In this document: one piece after another, positions 12,371 to 25,121 of the stretch | Layout of the letters: the number at the start of each line of letters is the position of its first letter | Numbering within the stretch: position 1 is the first letter of the stretch | DNA from: Somniosus microcephalus | Lineage: Eukaryota | Reading direction: 5' to 3' | Assembly (NCBI GenBank): GCA_052327205.1 | Contig: CM126221.1 | Coordinates: forward strand, 43,338,001-43,402,000 | Length of the DNA: 64,000 bases | The notes under the pieces: generated by a model | Told to the model about the DNA's origin: nothing | Seen by the model: the letters and a program-made list of their open reading frames with translations, nothing else | Database searches by the model: none | Translations under genes and position numbers: made by a program

Positions 12371-14053
12371 AGTAGCGTTTTGTCAATAACCTAAACCTTC
12401 TCTGCTCTGTTTCCTCAATGTGGAGTGGGGAAATCATCTCAATGCCTGGGCTCAAATATATGGAATCCATGGGTGTTGGCTTGGCACATCAAACAGCTAG
12501 AATTAAAAGCTGTTTCTGAGCAGTCATAGATGAAGTTGCTAACAAGTTGGTCTGTCTTTGGGCAGAGGGTAAAAAAAAAACTGATTTGGTATTAATCAAT
12601 GTGAAACTCATTCTTGGACTCAGTTTTTCTGATGCTTTGCAAATCAGTCTGTGGTGCCATGTAACACAACAGTTCGGGAAGATTCACAATCCTGTTAAAC
12701 CACTGCATGTTCACACAAATTGACTTTCCACTTAATGTTTACAAATTCTCTATCTCTGCAGTGGGATTATCTAAAAATGGAACAATTGGTAATTTTGTAA
12801 ATGCACATCATGGTCCGTTCTACTTCTGGGCCTAGAATTGCACAATCCACTGTCAAACATTCTGTCTCGTGGAGTAGTCATTTCATTTATGTCTTTCCTC
12901 TATTCCATGGTATCCTGAGAGTGCTCCGAAACAAAGAGTCAACCTGATGAGTGTTTTTAAACTACTTGTTTTATCTGAGGGAAGTATGGTTTCATGTGCA
13001 ATTGACCCAAAACCACTACTTCAGCAGGAACCCTCTTGGAACAGTTGGGTATCTGTATATGTTTCTTCCTCTCATTCCCAGGACCATGCAAATGAATTCT
13101 GTGCTTGAGGAAATGTTGCCCGATTTTTGTACCCAACTTGCCATCTCTCAAAATTAAATTCCACTGAGAGAATTGGACCAAACCAGGAAGTTAACTTTTG
13201 GGCGAACCAATGACTTAATTTTCCTTACTAAATGAGTGGTAGAATTTATTTACTGTGTTACAAATAAACAAGCAAGGGATCTTCTAGAAGAGCTGATGTT
13301 AGTTCAAGTAGAATCTTGAGCAAATATCAAGAATTGCTTTAGATGGTGCCTGTAAATAACTACCTAACACAATCTTCATAATGTTACCAAAGACTACGGT
13401 TTGGATTTTCCCATTAAAAAGATGGTGTAAAATATAAGTGACTATGCTCCTTTGATTCCCTGTCCACTAAACCTGTAGTATGTAGCGAATAGCATAACTT
13501 AAAAGTTGAAGGAAACACTAGAAGTAGGTATTTGTATCTATTTGAGTATATTCAGACATAAGGTTATGGAAGAATGTCCTTTATTGACATTCAGTAGTGT
13601 CCTTTTAATTGTCTCCATCCAATGATGGCGAGTACTCGGATGTTTTTTGTGTTTAGGTTGAAGTGTGCTCTGAGTTCCGACATTCTCGGGACTCTGGAGG
13701 TAGTTTTGTTTTGTATAATCTATGTTGTCATCTTTGGCTTGCTCTTCATCTTTGATAACAATTCTGGTAAAATGCATACAGACCTTTTAATATAAACAAT
13801 ACCCCGTTCTGTACCTTCAGGCTGTTTTTATGTTTTGTACCTTAGACCTTAACTTTCATCTGTACTACATTCCAAGACGTGTATTTGTGTACATAATAAG
13901 TGATTTTAATTTTGTATTGACTTAGTACGGGCACACACCATAAATCTCCCATCCCTATAGGAAATAGAATTATTTGTATAATATTTCCAAGGTGGGTGTT
14001 TGTGATCAGTATTATAGACTTACTTGTTTCTCATTCTTCTTCTTTCATTTTAG

Positions 14054-14215
14054 ACATTCCAGAAAGTTCAGGTGGATCCTATCCAGTACAAACTTCAGCA
14101 GGCCAATGGGGTGGGACAGGGTCTTATTCAGAGTGCCGCGAAGAATTCCAACACCCAAGGACTTGAACATGATCTGGATGAGACGAACACCAGATGGAAC
14201 ACGCTCAACAAAAAG
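14054..14215 (+). CDS. MACF1: MACF1 spectrin-repeat exon ([16 protein letters not shown]...WNTLNKK)
   Basis: tttag| ... AAG|gtcag, 162 nt, phase 0-0. Confidence 0.93.
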
Positions 14216-14952
14216 GTCAGTTCTTTTCAACGGCGAAAAGGGAACTCGTTTTTTTGGAGTTATAAGAGAATTATTGAGTTTAAAGAAAGACTAATTCAAA
14301 ATTAAAGCTTTTTTTTTTAATATACTTTGTGTATTGAGGAAACAATGTTCAGTTCCCAGGGTGGCTCAGCAAGCTTATCCAGCGAGTAGCTGAGGATAAG
14401 TTTAAATAATGACTGCACTTATCTAGCACCTTACTATGTTTCTCAAGACACCTCGAATGTACATTGAATTACTTTGAAGTGAAATCACTGTTGCTTTTTG
14501 AGTGGACACTGCAGCCATTTTGCACAGTTAGATCCCACAAACAACAATGGGTTGACCAGTCATTCTGTTTCTTCTGATGAACCAAACTAATAGCTGTACT
14601 TACAAACCAGAGCGAGTCCAGATTCGATCCCCAGTCTGTGTGGAGGTACCTTACCTTAGCTCAGGCAACAGTAATGACACTAAAATTGCCCTCCGTGCAC
14701 ATGGTCCCCAATTCTGATAACTGTCCAGGAATTGCTATTGAAAGTGCATGTGCACAAAGAGCGGGGGAAGGCAGATTCCAGTTTCGGCTAGGCTGCCACA
14801 TAGAGTTGAGTAGTCAACCGTCACTCATTGTCAGGGCTGACACTTGAATACTAGCCAGTTGAGTGAGTACATGAGAGCAACTATTGACTATACCACATAT
14901 AGCAAAGAGACAAAGCATTCAGGAAAATAGAAAATTAATTAGGATGATTAAT

Positions 14953-16303
14953 CATAGAAACATAGAAGATAGGAGTAGGCCATTCGGCCCCTCGAGCCTG
15001 CTCCGCCATTCAATGCGATCATGACTGATCATCCAAATTCAGTACCCGGTCCCTGCTTTCTCCCCATACCCCTTGATCCCTTTAGCCTTAAGAAATATAT
15101 CCAATTCCTTCTTGAATATATTTAATGTATTGGCCTCTACTGCCTTCTGTGGTAGAGAATTCCACAGGTTCACCACTCTCTGGGTGAAGAAATTCCTCCT
15201 CATTTCTGTCCTAAATGGCCTACCCCTTATCCTTAGACTGTGACCCCTGGTTCTGTACTGCCCGACCATCAGGAACATCCTTCGTGCATCTAGTCTGTCC
15301 AGTCCTGTCAGAATGTTATAAGTTTCAATGAGATCCCCTCTCATTCTTCTAAACTCCAGCGAGTACAAGCCCAATCGACCCAACCTCTCCTCATAGGTCA
15401 TTCCTGCCATCCCAGGTATCAGCCTGGTGAATCTTCGCTGAACTCCTTCCATGGCAAGAACATCCTTCTTCAGATAAGGCGACCAAAACTGCACACAATA
15501 CTCGAGATGTGGTCTCACCAAGGCCCTGTACAACTGCAGCAAGACATCCTTGTTCCTGTACTCAAACCCTCTTGCTACGAAGGCCAACATGCCATTTGCC
15601 TTCTTAACCGCCTGCTGCACCTGCATGCTTACCTTCAGCAACTGGTGCACAAGGACACCCAGGTCTTGTTGCGCTTTCCCTTCTCCCAATCTATTGCCAT
15701 TCAGATAATAATCTGCCTTCCTGTTTTTGCCACCAAAGTGGATAACCTCGCATTTATCCACATTGGGCAAAAGCATGGCAGATGCAATATAATCACCCAA
15801 CCTGTCCAAATCATCCTGGAGTTTCTCGGCATCCTCCTCACAGCACACACACCCACCCAGCTTTGTGTCGTCTGCAAATTTGGAGATATTACATCTAGTT
15901 CCCTTGTCTAGATCATTAATATATATTGTGAATAGCTGGGGCCCAAGGACCGATCCCTGCGGTACCCCACTAGTCAGTGCTTGCCACTCAGAAAAAGACC
16001 CGTTGATTCCAACTCTTTGCTTTCTGTCTGCCAGCCAGTTCTCTATCCAAGTCAGTACCTTGCCCCCAATCCCATGTGCCTTAACTTTACACGCTAACCT
16101 CTTATGCGGGACCTTATCAAAAGCATTCTGAAAGTCCAAATACACCACATCCACTGGTTCTCCCTTATCTATTCTACCAGTTACATCCTCAAAAAATTCC
16201 AGGAGATTAGTGAAGCACGATTTACCTTTTGTAAATCCATGTTGACTTTGTCCGATCCTGTCACTGTTTTCCAAGTGCTCTGTTATTACATCTTTTATAA
16301 TGG
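14953..16303 (-). mobile_element. CR1 LINE, 5'-truncated, with an open RT frame
   Basis: ORF 15039-16307(-): [41 protein letters not shown]; 3' UTR ending near agaaacatagaa. Confidence 0.97.
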
Positions 16304-16306
16304 ACA

Positions 16307-18198
16307 CCCCCTCGTCCCCCCTCCGCGCTCCCCCTCGTCCCCCCTCGCTCCCCCTCGGGGCCCCCCCTCCGCGCTCCCCCTCGGGCTCCCCCTCGGGGCC
16401 CCCCCTCCGCGCTCCCCCTCGGGGCCCCCCCTCCGCGCTCCCCCTCGGGGCCCCCCCTCCGCGCTCCCCCTCGGGCCCCCCCTCCGCGCTCCCCCTCGGG
16501 CCCCCCCTCCGCGCTCCCCCTCGGGCCCCCCCTCCGCGCTCCCCCTCGGGCCCCCCCTCCGCGCTCCCCCTCGGGCCCCCCCTCCGCGCTCCCCCTCGGG
16601 CCCCCCCTCCGCGCTCCCCCTCGGGCCCCCCCTCCGCGCTCCCCCTCGGGGCCCCCCCTCCGCGCTCCCCCTCGGGGCCCCCCCTCCGCGCTCCCCCTCG
16701 GGGCCCCCCCTCCGCGCTCCCCCTCGGGGCCCCCCCTCCGCGCTCCCCCTCGGGGCCCCCCCTCCGCGCTCCCCCTCGGGGCCCCCCCTCCGCGCTCCCC
16801 CTCGGGGCCCCCCCTCCGCGCTCCCCCTCGGGGCCCCCCCTCCGCGCTCCCCCTCGGGGGCCCCCCTCCGCGCTCCCCCTCGGGGGCCCCCCTCCGCGCT
16901 CCCCCTCGGGGGCCCCCCCTCCGCGCTCCCCCTCGGGGCCCCCCCTCCGCGCTCCCCCTCGGGGCCCCCCCTCCGCGCTCCCCCTCGGGGCCCCCCCTCC
17001 GCGCTCCCCCTCGGGGCCCCCCCTCCGCGCTCCCCCTCGGGGCCCCCCCTCCGCGCTCCCCCTCGGGGCCCCCCCTCCGCGCTCCCCCTCGGGGCCCCCC
17101 TCCGCGCTCCCCCTCGGGGCCCCCCCTCCGCGCTCCCCCTCGGGGGCCCCCCCTCCGCGCTCCCCCTCGGGGCCCCCCCTCCGCGCTCCCCCTCGGGGCC
17201 CCCCCTCCGCGCTCCCCCTCGGGGCCCCCCCTCCGCGCTCCCCCTCGGGGCCCCCCCTCCGCGCTCCCCCTCGGGGCCCCCCCTCCGCGCTCCCCCTCGG
17301 GGCCCCCCCTCCGCGCTCCCCCTCGGGGCCCCCCCTCCGCGCTCCCCCTCGGGGCCCCCCCTCCGCGCTCCCCCTCGGGGCCCCCCCTCCGCGCTCCCCC
17401 TCGGGGCCCCCCCTCCGCGCTCCCCCTCGGGGCCCCCCCTCCGCGCTCCCCCTCGGGGCCCCCCCTCCGCGCTCCCCCTCGGGGCCCCCCCTCCGCGCTC
17501 CCCCTCGGGGCCCCCCCTCCGCGCTCCCCCTCGGGGCCCCCCCTCCGCGCTCCCCCTCGGGGCCCCCCCTCCGCGCTCCCCCTCGGGGCCCCCCCTCCGC
17601 GCTCCCCCTCGGGGCCCCCCCTCCGCGCTCCCCCTCGGGGCCCCCCCTCCGCGCTCCCCCTCGGGGCCCCCCCTCCGCGCTCCCCCTCGGGGCCCCCCCT
17701 CCGCGCTCCCCCTCGGGGCCCCCCCTCCGCGCTCCCCCTCGGGCCCCCCCTCCGCGCTCCCCCTCGGGGCCCCCCCTCCGCGCCCCCCCTCGGGGCCCCC
17801 CCTCCGCGCCCCCCCTCGGGGCCCCCCCTCCGCGCCCCCCCTCGGGCGCCCCCCCTCCGCGCCCCCCCTCGGGCGCCCCCCCTCGGGCGCCCCCCCTCGG
17901 GCGCCCCCCCTCGGGCGCCCCCCCTCCGCGCCCCCCCTCGGGCGCCCCCCCTCGGGGCCCCCCCTCCGCGCCCCCCCTCGGGCGCCCCCCCTCGGGCGCC
18001 CCCCCCTCGGGCGCCGCCCCTCCGGGCCCCCCCTCCGCGCCCCCCTCCGCGCTACCCCTCGTCCCCCCTCCGCTCCCTCTCGTTCCCTCTCGTTCTCCCC
18101 CCCCCCCGCCCCCTCTCGTTTCCCTCCCCCCACCCCCCGCGCTCCCTCTCGTTTCTCCCCGGCCCCCCCCCGCTCCGTCTTTCCGCCCTTCCCTCCTC
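16307..18198. repeat. GC-rich minisatellite, 26-bp unit ccgcgctccccctcggggccccccct, roughly 70 copies, degenerating at the right end
   Basis: Period read directly (ccgcg at 16921 and 16947). Confidence 0.97.
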
Positions 18199-18308
18199 AG
18201 GTCAGATAGTCTTTAATATTCTCCTTACAATGCTTGTATATGGGGAGGGGAATCCTAAATTAGAATTGTTAAGATCATATTGTGTAATAAGAATTTTTTT
18301 TTTCCCAG

Positions 18309-18479
18309 GTGGCAGAACGTATATCCCAGTTGCAGGAAGCGCTGTTGCATCGTGGAAAATTCCAGGATGCTTTGGAGCCTTTGTTGAGCTGGCTTACGGA
18401 TACTGAAGAACTGATTGCCAATCAGAAACCTCCATCAGCAGAATACAAAGTGGTGAAGGCTCAAATTCAGGAACAGAAG
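18309..18479 (+). CDS. MACF1: MACF1 exon ([29 protein letters not shown]...IQEQK)
   Basis: cccag| ... AAG|gtatt, 171 nt, phase 0-0. Confidence 0.95.
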
Positions 18480-20499
18480 GTATTTTACGCTGTCTGAGAG
18501 CAGCAATAGATGTGGATTTTTTTTCAATAGATGGGCTAGACTAATGGCAGTTTTTATTTTAATAGCCATATACTAAACAAGGGGTAAAATTTGCAGCACG
18601 GAACAAACTTTTAGAATGCCATGCTGCATTTTTCATTTCCAGAGTATGGGCTACAAAGAGACATTTGTTCCATGTGCAGAGATGAACAAATGGCCATCCA
18701 CTGAATCTATGCCAAGTCTGAATAGCTAAAATCACTATTCTTCTCTCCAGCTCATTGGAAAAATAAAACTTGTCTCAGTGCCAGATTTCTATCTTTTCTT
18801 AAAGGGCACTGTCCTCATGAAAAAGTGTTCGGCAAACTTTTTTTTAACAGATATACAATGTGATGGCTTAAATTGCATTAAAATGCATCTCGTGTTACTA
18901 GTATATAATGTGACCATGAGGAAAGTGACGCATGATTCATGTGCTTCTCATACCCCAAAGAAAATGGGACTTGCCAAACATTCTTTCATGAAAGCAGTGG
19001 CTTTTTTTTTTAAATAGACCATACAAATTGACTTGAACTAAAATTTGATCTAATTTAAAATTTGTCATATCCGAGTGGCACAAGAAAATGTGTTAACTGA
19101 AGAGCTGTGTAAGTGGAACAGAAGAGTTTTAAGTAGGATTTGATTCATTTAAGTAACTGACAAGTATAATTTGTTTACTGACATGATTTGCCTACAACAA
19201 AGTCTCAATTCCCATGCAGTTCCATGAACTGTTTGCCATTTTGGACTGCGTACTGCAATTTCTCATTAATGAATGCTGCCTTGATGTTGCTGTTGCAGTA
19301 ACGACTGTGAACCTCAAGTAGTTTCAGTGAAATTATCTCTTGGATTAGTGAATACCAGTGACATTTTTATACTCCCCTACATGCTTCTCAGAGCTTTTAG
19401 TCTTTTCCCCACTCTGAATAACATAAGCAATTCTGTTTTTATTGGCCTTTCAAGAATATGTATTTTGTGAAGCAATTTTACATTTTGATTGAATGACGCT
19501 TGCAGGAGGAGTAAATTGACACATGCAGATTTCTTAGCATGGTTGTGCTTGTGTTGATTTTAATGCTTGAAGGAATTTGTTTTTAATTCCTGAGTTCATA
19601 TTGGTCAAGGCAGCACTAGTCCCATTATTTTGGGCCACTGTTCTTTGCTGCTAATAGAAGGATTATGATTGCTAGTTTATTTTCCCTTCTGTGGTTCAGG
19701 AGTTTGGACATTTAATGTACAATTTTTATGTACCTTACATCAACATAAACTGTTGAAGGAATAGGGTGAATAATCCATTTATCAAGCTAGCATCATCTAT
19801 TTATCTAAGACAGGTGAAATATACAATGTATTCTCAAACCCATTCAGTCCACAACTCTTCGGCCTAGAAATTCGGTTGGTAGCGCCAGCGATTAGCGCCT
19901 AAAGAGCCCGAGAATTGGGGCGTTACCCAATTTTCAGGCGGGCGCAGTGAATATAGCGCCACCTCCCATATTGAGTATCCTTTTAGCGCCGGCGCTAACT
20001 CTTTGCACACAACGCGGGCGCAGGCAGATCATGACGTCATTTCAGTGTGCAACGCCTTTTTGGCGCCCCGGACCGGATATTCGGTGGCGCCCGCAACCTT
20101 TCCGCCTGGCGCTATTAGTGACAGCTGGATGGAGCGTTCCCAGGCCCTTCTCGGACTCTTGGGGCGCTATTTAAAGGGGACAGCACTAGTATAAAAGCTG
20201 CAGCCATTTGGGCTGGCCATTCTGATTGTTGCTGGAGAGAGTTGCTGACCTTCTGTTGGACAGTACTTTTCTCATTGAGCCTTTGGAGGCACTGGCACTG
20301 GCCGCTTGAGGGCCCGGCTCCCGAGCTGGTGATGCAGCATCTGAAAGCAGGGAGGTGGAAGAGTGGCTTTAGCAAAAGGACAGCTTGGCAGCAAGGGATG
20401 CCAGATTGCGGCAAGGCTATGACATGGGTCCACAGTGAGAAAGCATGCTGGCGGGGGGAACAAGTGGAAAGAGACAGTTGTAAAAGGTGAGAACCTTAC

Positions 20500-20662
20500 C
20501 ATCGCTGTCGACAATGGGGTCGGCAGCTGCAGTGGTTACAGGACCACTCGGACGTCCTCCAAGAATCTGGTGGACTCTCTCCTTGAGATCCGTGAGAGTG
20601 ACCACTTGTGGAGGTCCTCCACCGGTGCGAAGCTGGTCTTTGCCAATCTTCGCCAGCTTGGA
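20500..20662 (-). CDS. Harbinger Myb/SANT-like protein, exon 2
   Basis: Acceptor tttcccctgcag|, in-frame SKLAKIGKDQLRTGGGPPQVVTLTDLKERVHQILG (TGGGP motif typical of this family), donor |gtaagg. Confidence 0.65.
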
Positions 20663-20892
20663 CTGCAGGGGAAAGGAGGGGAAATTATGTTACCTGATGC
20701 CCTGAGTGATCATCTCATGCCCCCCATGGTGCAAGAGCCCTTACATGACGCCTTGAGTCAAATGTGCATGTGTGTGTCCAGAAAGGGCCATGGATGCTTG
20801 CTGGCAGATGGCCAATGGGGCACAGGCCACCCTGTAGCCATAAAGTCAGGTGCAAATGAAGGGATGCAGAAGTTTGCAGAAACAACACCCAC

Positions 20893-21129
20893 CCTCACGA
20901 CCCGAGTGAGGTCGTTGAATTTCTTTCTGCATTGGACAGGGCTCCTGGTCACCATGCTGCTGGAGTTGACCCTCTGGCATACATCCCTCCAAGCTCGTCG
21001 GTAGTCCTTATGATTCGGCCTCCTGCCATTGTCTGGGTCGAGAACATCTCGCCGGCGCTCCACTGCGGCCACCAATTGCTCTAGAGCCTCATTGGTGAAG
21101 CGCTCTGCTCTCTGTCTCACCTTCTCCAT
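20893..21129 (-). CDS. Harbinger Myb/SANT-like DNA-binding protein, exon 1 (probably a remnant)
   Basis: MEKVRQRAERFTNEALEQLVAAVERRRDVL..RRAWRDVCQRVNSSSMVTRSPVQCRKKFNDLTRVVR, then donor |gtgggt. Confidence 0.75.
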
Positions 21130-22665
21130 CTGGTCCAAGTTTTTAGCGCCAGAGAAGGGCCTGCGCCGATTCTGAGGCCTGCAAGGCGCAGAGTGTGGAT
21201 GCTGAAGCTGCCTGACCCACCCCTTTAAGAGCTGGCCGGCGCCTGGAAGTCTCGTGGTCATCGGCAATTGAGAGCACCTGCGCTGCGCCCGTCCGCTCCG
21301 ATATTTGGGTTGCGCCGGAAGTTTAGCGCCTTAGGAGTCCCGTGTAACGCCTGAATTCGCGCCTCAATCACCTTTAGGGGCGATGCAACCCAATATCGCG
21401 CCAGGTGGCGATAAGTTGCGTCTGGCTATAAACTTTGCGCTGCGCCAATTCTAACGCCCAAGCGGGGCTATACCCAATTCCTAGGCCTTCATGTTTTAAC
21501 AAAAACACTCAAAACATAATATTGTTTAGGCTATCATCATAAGATGTGTTTTACAGTGGCTTGACAGTGGGGTTAATGTGATTTAGATAGTATCCTTGTA
21601 TTATATGAATGAGTTCTAAAGTTATTTTGTGAATTCTGCAATTTTACTTTGGTTTTATATTGTTTTCAACTGTAATACTTCATATTGCCTGCCCCTTTTA
21701 TAGTGCGGTTTAATTTGTGGATTATAGTAGAGTTAACAGCATTCAGTAACAAAATGAACGAACACATTAAAACTACTGAACCTTTTAGGTTTGGGGTGCA
21801 ATGTGAAAGACTTTTCTGGCCCTCCTGTAAACCTTGCTTGAAGCCTTTGTTTCACTGTGTGAAAAGAGTGACTGATCTGCATTGTACTTGAAAGGGCAGA
21901 GGTGTGTTTATGGATGTCTTTGGAGTTGAAGCAGCGTGGTTCCAAGAAGGTTAGACTATGGAGTATTCTGCAGGTACTGGAATCGGCCCAGCTGGATGAA
22001 GTTGAATTTATCTGCTCGTTGCTGGAAATACACAACCTTGTATGTGTGAAAAAGCTGGCTACCCTGGCGATGCCCTAAAACAGGGTCACATCGGTCTGTG
22101 GTAAGCAGACCTGGGACCTCGCTGTTCCATCAGACCGGGGTGAATGGCTGACCAACTCAATGGGGTCTACAACAGGGAGCAGATCTCCCTCCAGGCTGAT
22201 GGTGTTGGCAAAGCTTCCAACTCCTTCTGGCCTCTTCTGGGAGGTGTGTTGTACTTGACGATATTCTTTTCCCCCATGCCCCCATTGCATGGAAGAGCAC
22301 ATGGCAGGTCGTGCAGCTGTGTTGGAGAGTCAGGGAAGGGAGAAGTAACTGTTTTGGTTTATTGTTTCATTATATTATTATGGGATGGAAAATCTGTTAC
22401 AGACTAAGTAATTTATTTTTCCTTAAAATATACAAGCATTCAATACAAACCAGAACAGAATAGCTGAACATATGGGAAATGTTTCTGTAGGATCTTGTGA
22501 AGAATATGGCAAGTATAAAGGGTTTAAAGAAAGCTGGTACTTATACAGCCTCTCAGGGCAGTTAATTTGCAGCATTGTTCCACAGAAAAAAGCGAGATTT
22601 AAATCTGAAGCCACTTGGCAACTGTTGATTCATTTGTGCTTTAAAAAAAAATGTTTTTTGCCCAG

Positions 22666-22832
22666 CTCTTGCAAAGACTACTGGATGATCGCAAATCCAC
22701 AGTGGAGATTATTAAGGCAGAAGGAGAGCGGATTGCAGAGTCGGCAGAAACAGCTGAAAAGGAAAAGATCCAGAAACAACTGCAGTGTCTGGGGGAGAGA
22801 TGGGACGGTTTGCTCAGCAAGGCTGGGGCAAG
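22666..22832 (+). CDS. MACF1: MACF1 exon ([16 protein letters not shown]...LLSKAGAR)
   Basis: cccag| ... AG|gtaca, 167 nt, phase 0-2. Confidence 0.95.
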
Positions 22833-24961
22833 GTACAAGGTCTTTCCATACTCACGTGGGGAGAGACAAATCATGTTTTTGCTGTGTATATCAATCAAAG
22901 TGTTTTTAAAACAACTTTGTAGAAACATTCTTCACTTTTCCAGAATTGAAAGTTCCCACCATAGCCATCCTTAGTCATGGAGAGTTTGAAGTCAAAACTG
23001 AGTGCAGATTACACATTGTAGCTTTCATTTAATGAATTCTGGCTACTTGACTTAGAGTGTAATGATGTTGTAATTGCTAAGCTTCATATCCGTATCATGG
23101 AAAGAAAAAACAAACAACATTAAAATCAGTTGAGCACAATTTTCATTTTAATGTTTTTAAAATTATTAGATTTCATTGTGCAAGTGAAATGTAAAAGTGG
23201 AAAGTTTGAAAGCAGGAACTGTTTTCAAACTGTTGCTTTTATTAATTTCACACATGTGAAAGGTACAGAAAATGCATAAAAAGCAAAAATAAAGTTGCTG
23301 CATCTGAATTCAGCAAAACCTTGGCATATATTTACTTTGCAAACATTCACATGAGCACTGTACATGAACTAATGGTGAGATTTTACTGCACATAGTCAAT
23401 GTGGAGTAAAGTTTTTATTGTGATGGCTGTTGGGCTTGTAAACACTTGACTGCATTACCGTTGTAGTAACTTTAGAAAACATGTGCATGTGCAGCTGTGT
23501 AGAGGATCACTGTCAGCTGGCTTTATAACAACTTAAAGCAGACCCAGGTTAATAGTTTTACTCCATTTTAGGTCTATAGGCCCATACATGTCAATGCACT
23601 GTGTGTTCAAGTGTGTAGGCATTAGAAAGAATACCAAACACCCCAACAGCTTCTACTGAAAAGAGCACACTAGCGCACAACCAGTTCCTCATTCCTATTT
23701 GAAAATTCTATTTCAAATACTAGGTATAAGCATTAGATTTGGTATGAATCTAAATACAAATCCATTAAAAAACACACAGCTATATAGGCATTTGCAAAGT
23801 GATATGTCTACACAGATGTACACATTTTGTACGCATTCATACAACCTTCAACTTCCATCATAGTGGATGTGTGCAGCTGCTAATGACTACAGAGGAGGGT
23901 AGATTTATGAGATTTATGACTTCCTTTCCCCTGTAGTTGAGTGAATTCTTCTGAATCCATGGTTGTGTAGTGAGGGGTGTTGTATATTTGATTCCTGGCA
24001 GTACTAGTGCTAGATGTGCATCTGAATCACTGGCAACTTAGTGGGAGAGAGTGTCTTCCAAATGTTCCTGCAGAGGCTTTTCTCTGCTTAGTAACTAAAG
24101 TTGTTAAATTTGAGCATTAGAATTGTGTACCATGCTAACCCAAAGTCTGCATTTATCCAAATGCTTGCCCTTAAAAGTTAAGAGAACTTAACAAAGTGTT
24201 AACCATACAGCGTGTTTCCTAAAGATGGATAATACAACAGTTATAATGTTTACTAAAGATTGACTTTTTTTATTCATTAAAAAATTAGAAGCTCTCTTTA
24301 GAAAATACTCCAAATCCACTTCCAAAACTGCTATCTGTCTTAAGATGTCTTATCAGTGTCTCAGATGATTAAGCATTGTAGAATACCACAAATTTGCAAC
24401 AAGAAAAAGGGAGAATACATTTCTTTATTTGCCCAGATGATATTGATAACTTGAAAATATTCCAAATATGTGACTGAGCACAGTACAGTACTACTCTCGG
24501 GAATAAAAGTTATCAGTAAATGTAACCTTTTCCACTCAAAAGATTTAAGTCTCAGCAGCCAATGCGGATGATCATTTGCACGGTCATTTAATCTGTTATT
24601 TGTCAGTTTGTCCCAGTCAGATATTCACACTGACTGCCTATTGCACTATGTCTAATGTCATCGTGCACATGCCTTTGTAGCACATGTTGATGTATTTGTG
24701 CATAGTGTCTAGTTTATGTGCCCACAGCTCCATCAGTTAGGTTAGATTGTTAAAGTTAAAACTGCACTTGAGTGAGCTAACAACTTGTTTGTTCTGTCTA
24801 AACTGGGATATATTAAATGGAGTATTAAGATTTTATTTCATGGAAAACAGTTATCCTGGATGATTTATGATGCTGTTTGTATAAGTGTTTACACTGCAAT
24901 AATACTTAAGCAGATGGGGACCATGTGTTTCATCACAATGTCTTGCTTTGTGTTGATGCAG

Positions 24962-25121
24962 GCAGAGGCAGTTAGAGGACATTTTAGTCATTGCAAAACA
25001 GTTCCATGAGACCGTAGAGCCCCTGAATGAGTGGTTGACCAGCAGGGAGAAAAAATTGGCCAACTCTGAACCTGTAGGAACTCAAACTGCTAAAATCCAG
25101 CAGCAAATTACACGCCATAAG
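24962..25121 (+). CDS. MACF1: MACF1 exon ([25 protein letters not shown]...ITRHK)
   Basis: tgcag| ... AAG|gtaag, 160 nt, phase 2-0. Confidence 0.95.

Larger units (their letters stand above)
19861..21487 (-). mobile_element. Non-autonomous PIF/Harbinger-type DNA transposon carrying a Myb/SANT-like ORF
   Basis: TIRs ggcctagaaatt / aattcctaggcc; 3-bp TSD TTC (19858-60, 21488-90); GC-rich interior; Myb/SANT-like coding sequence. Confidence 0.85.

Noticed and set aside
14350-14900. SINE-like fragments (also near 50040-50340 and 46300-46490)
   Set aside because: Too degenerate to assign family or boundaries by eye
15039-16307. Functional reverse transcriptase gene
   Set aside because: 5'-truncated CR1 without endonuclease or ORF1, and carrying an internal inversion in a conserved motif
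16104-18216. Three long Pro-rich or Gly/Arg-rich ORFs (612-701 aa)
   Set aside because: Artefacts of a stop-free 26-bp GC minisatellite, open in several frames on both strands
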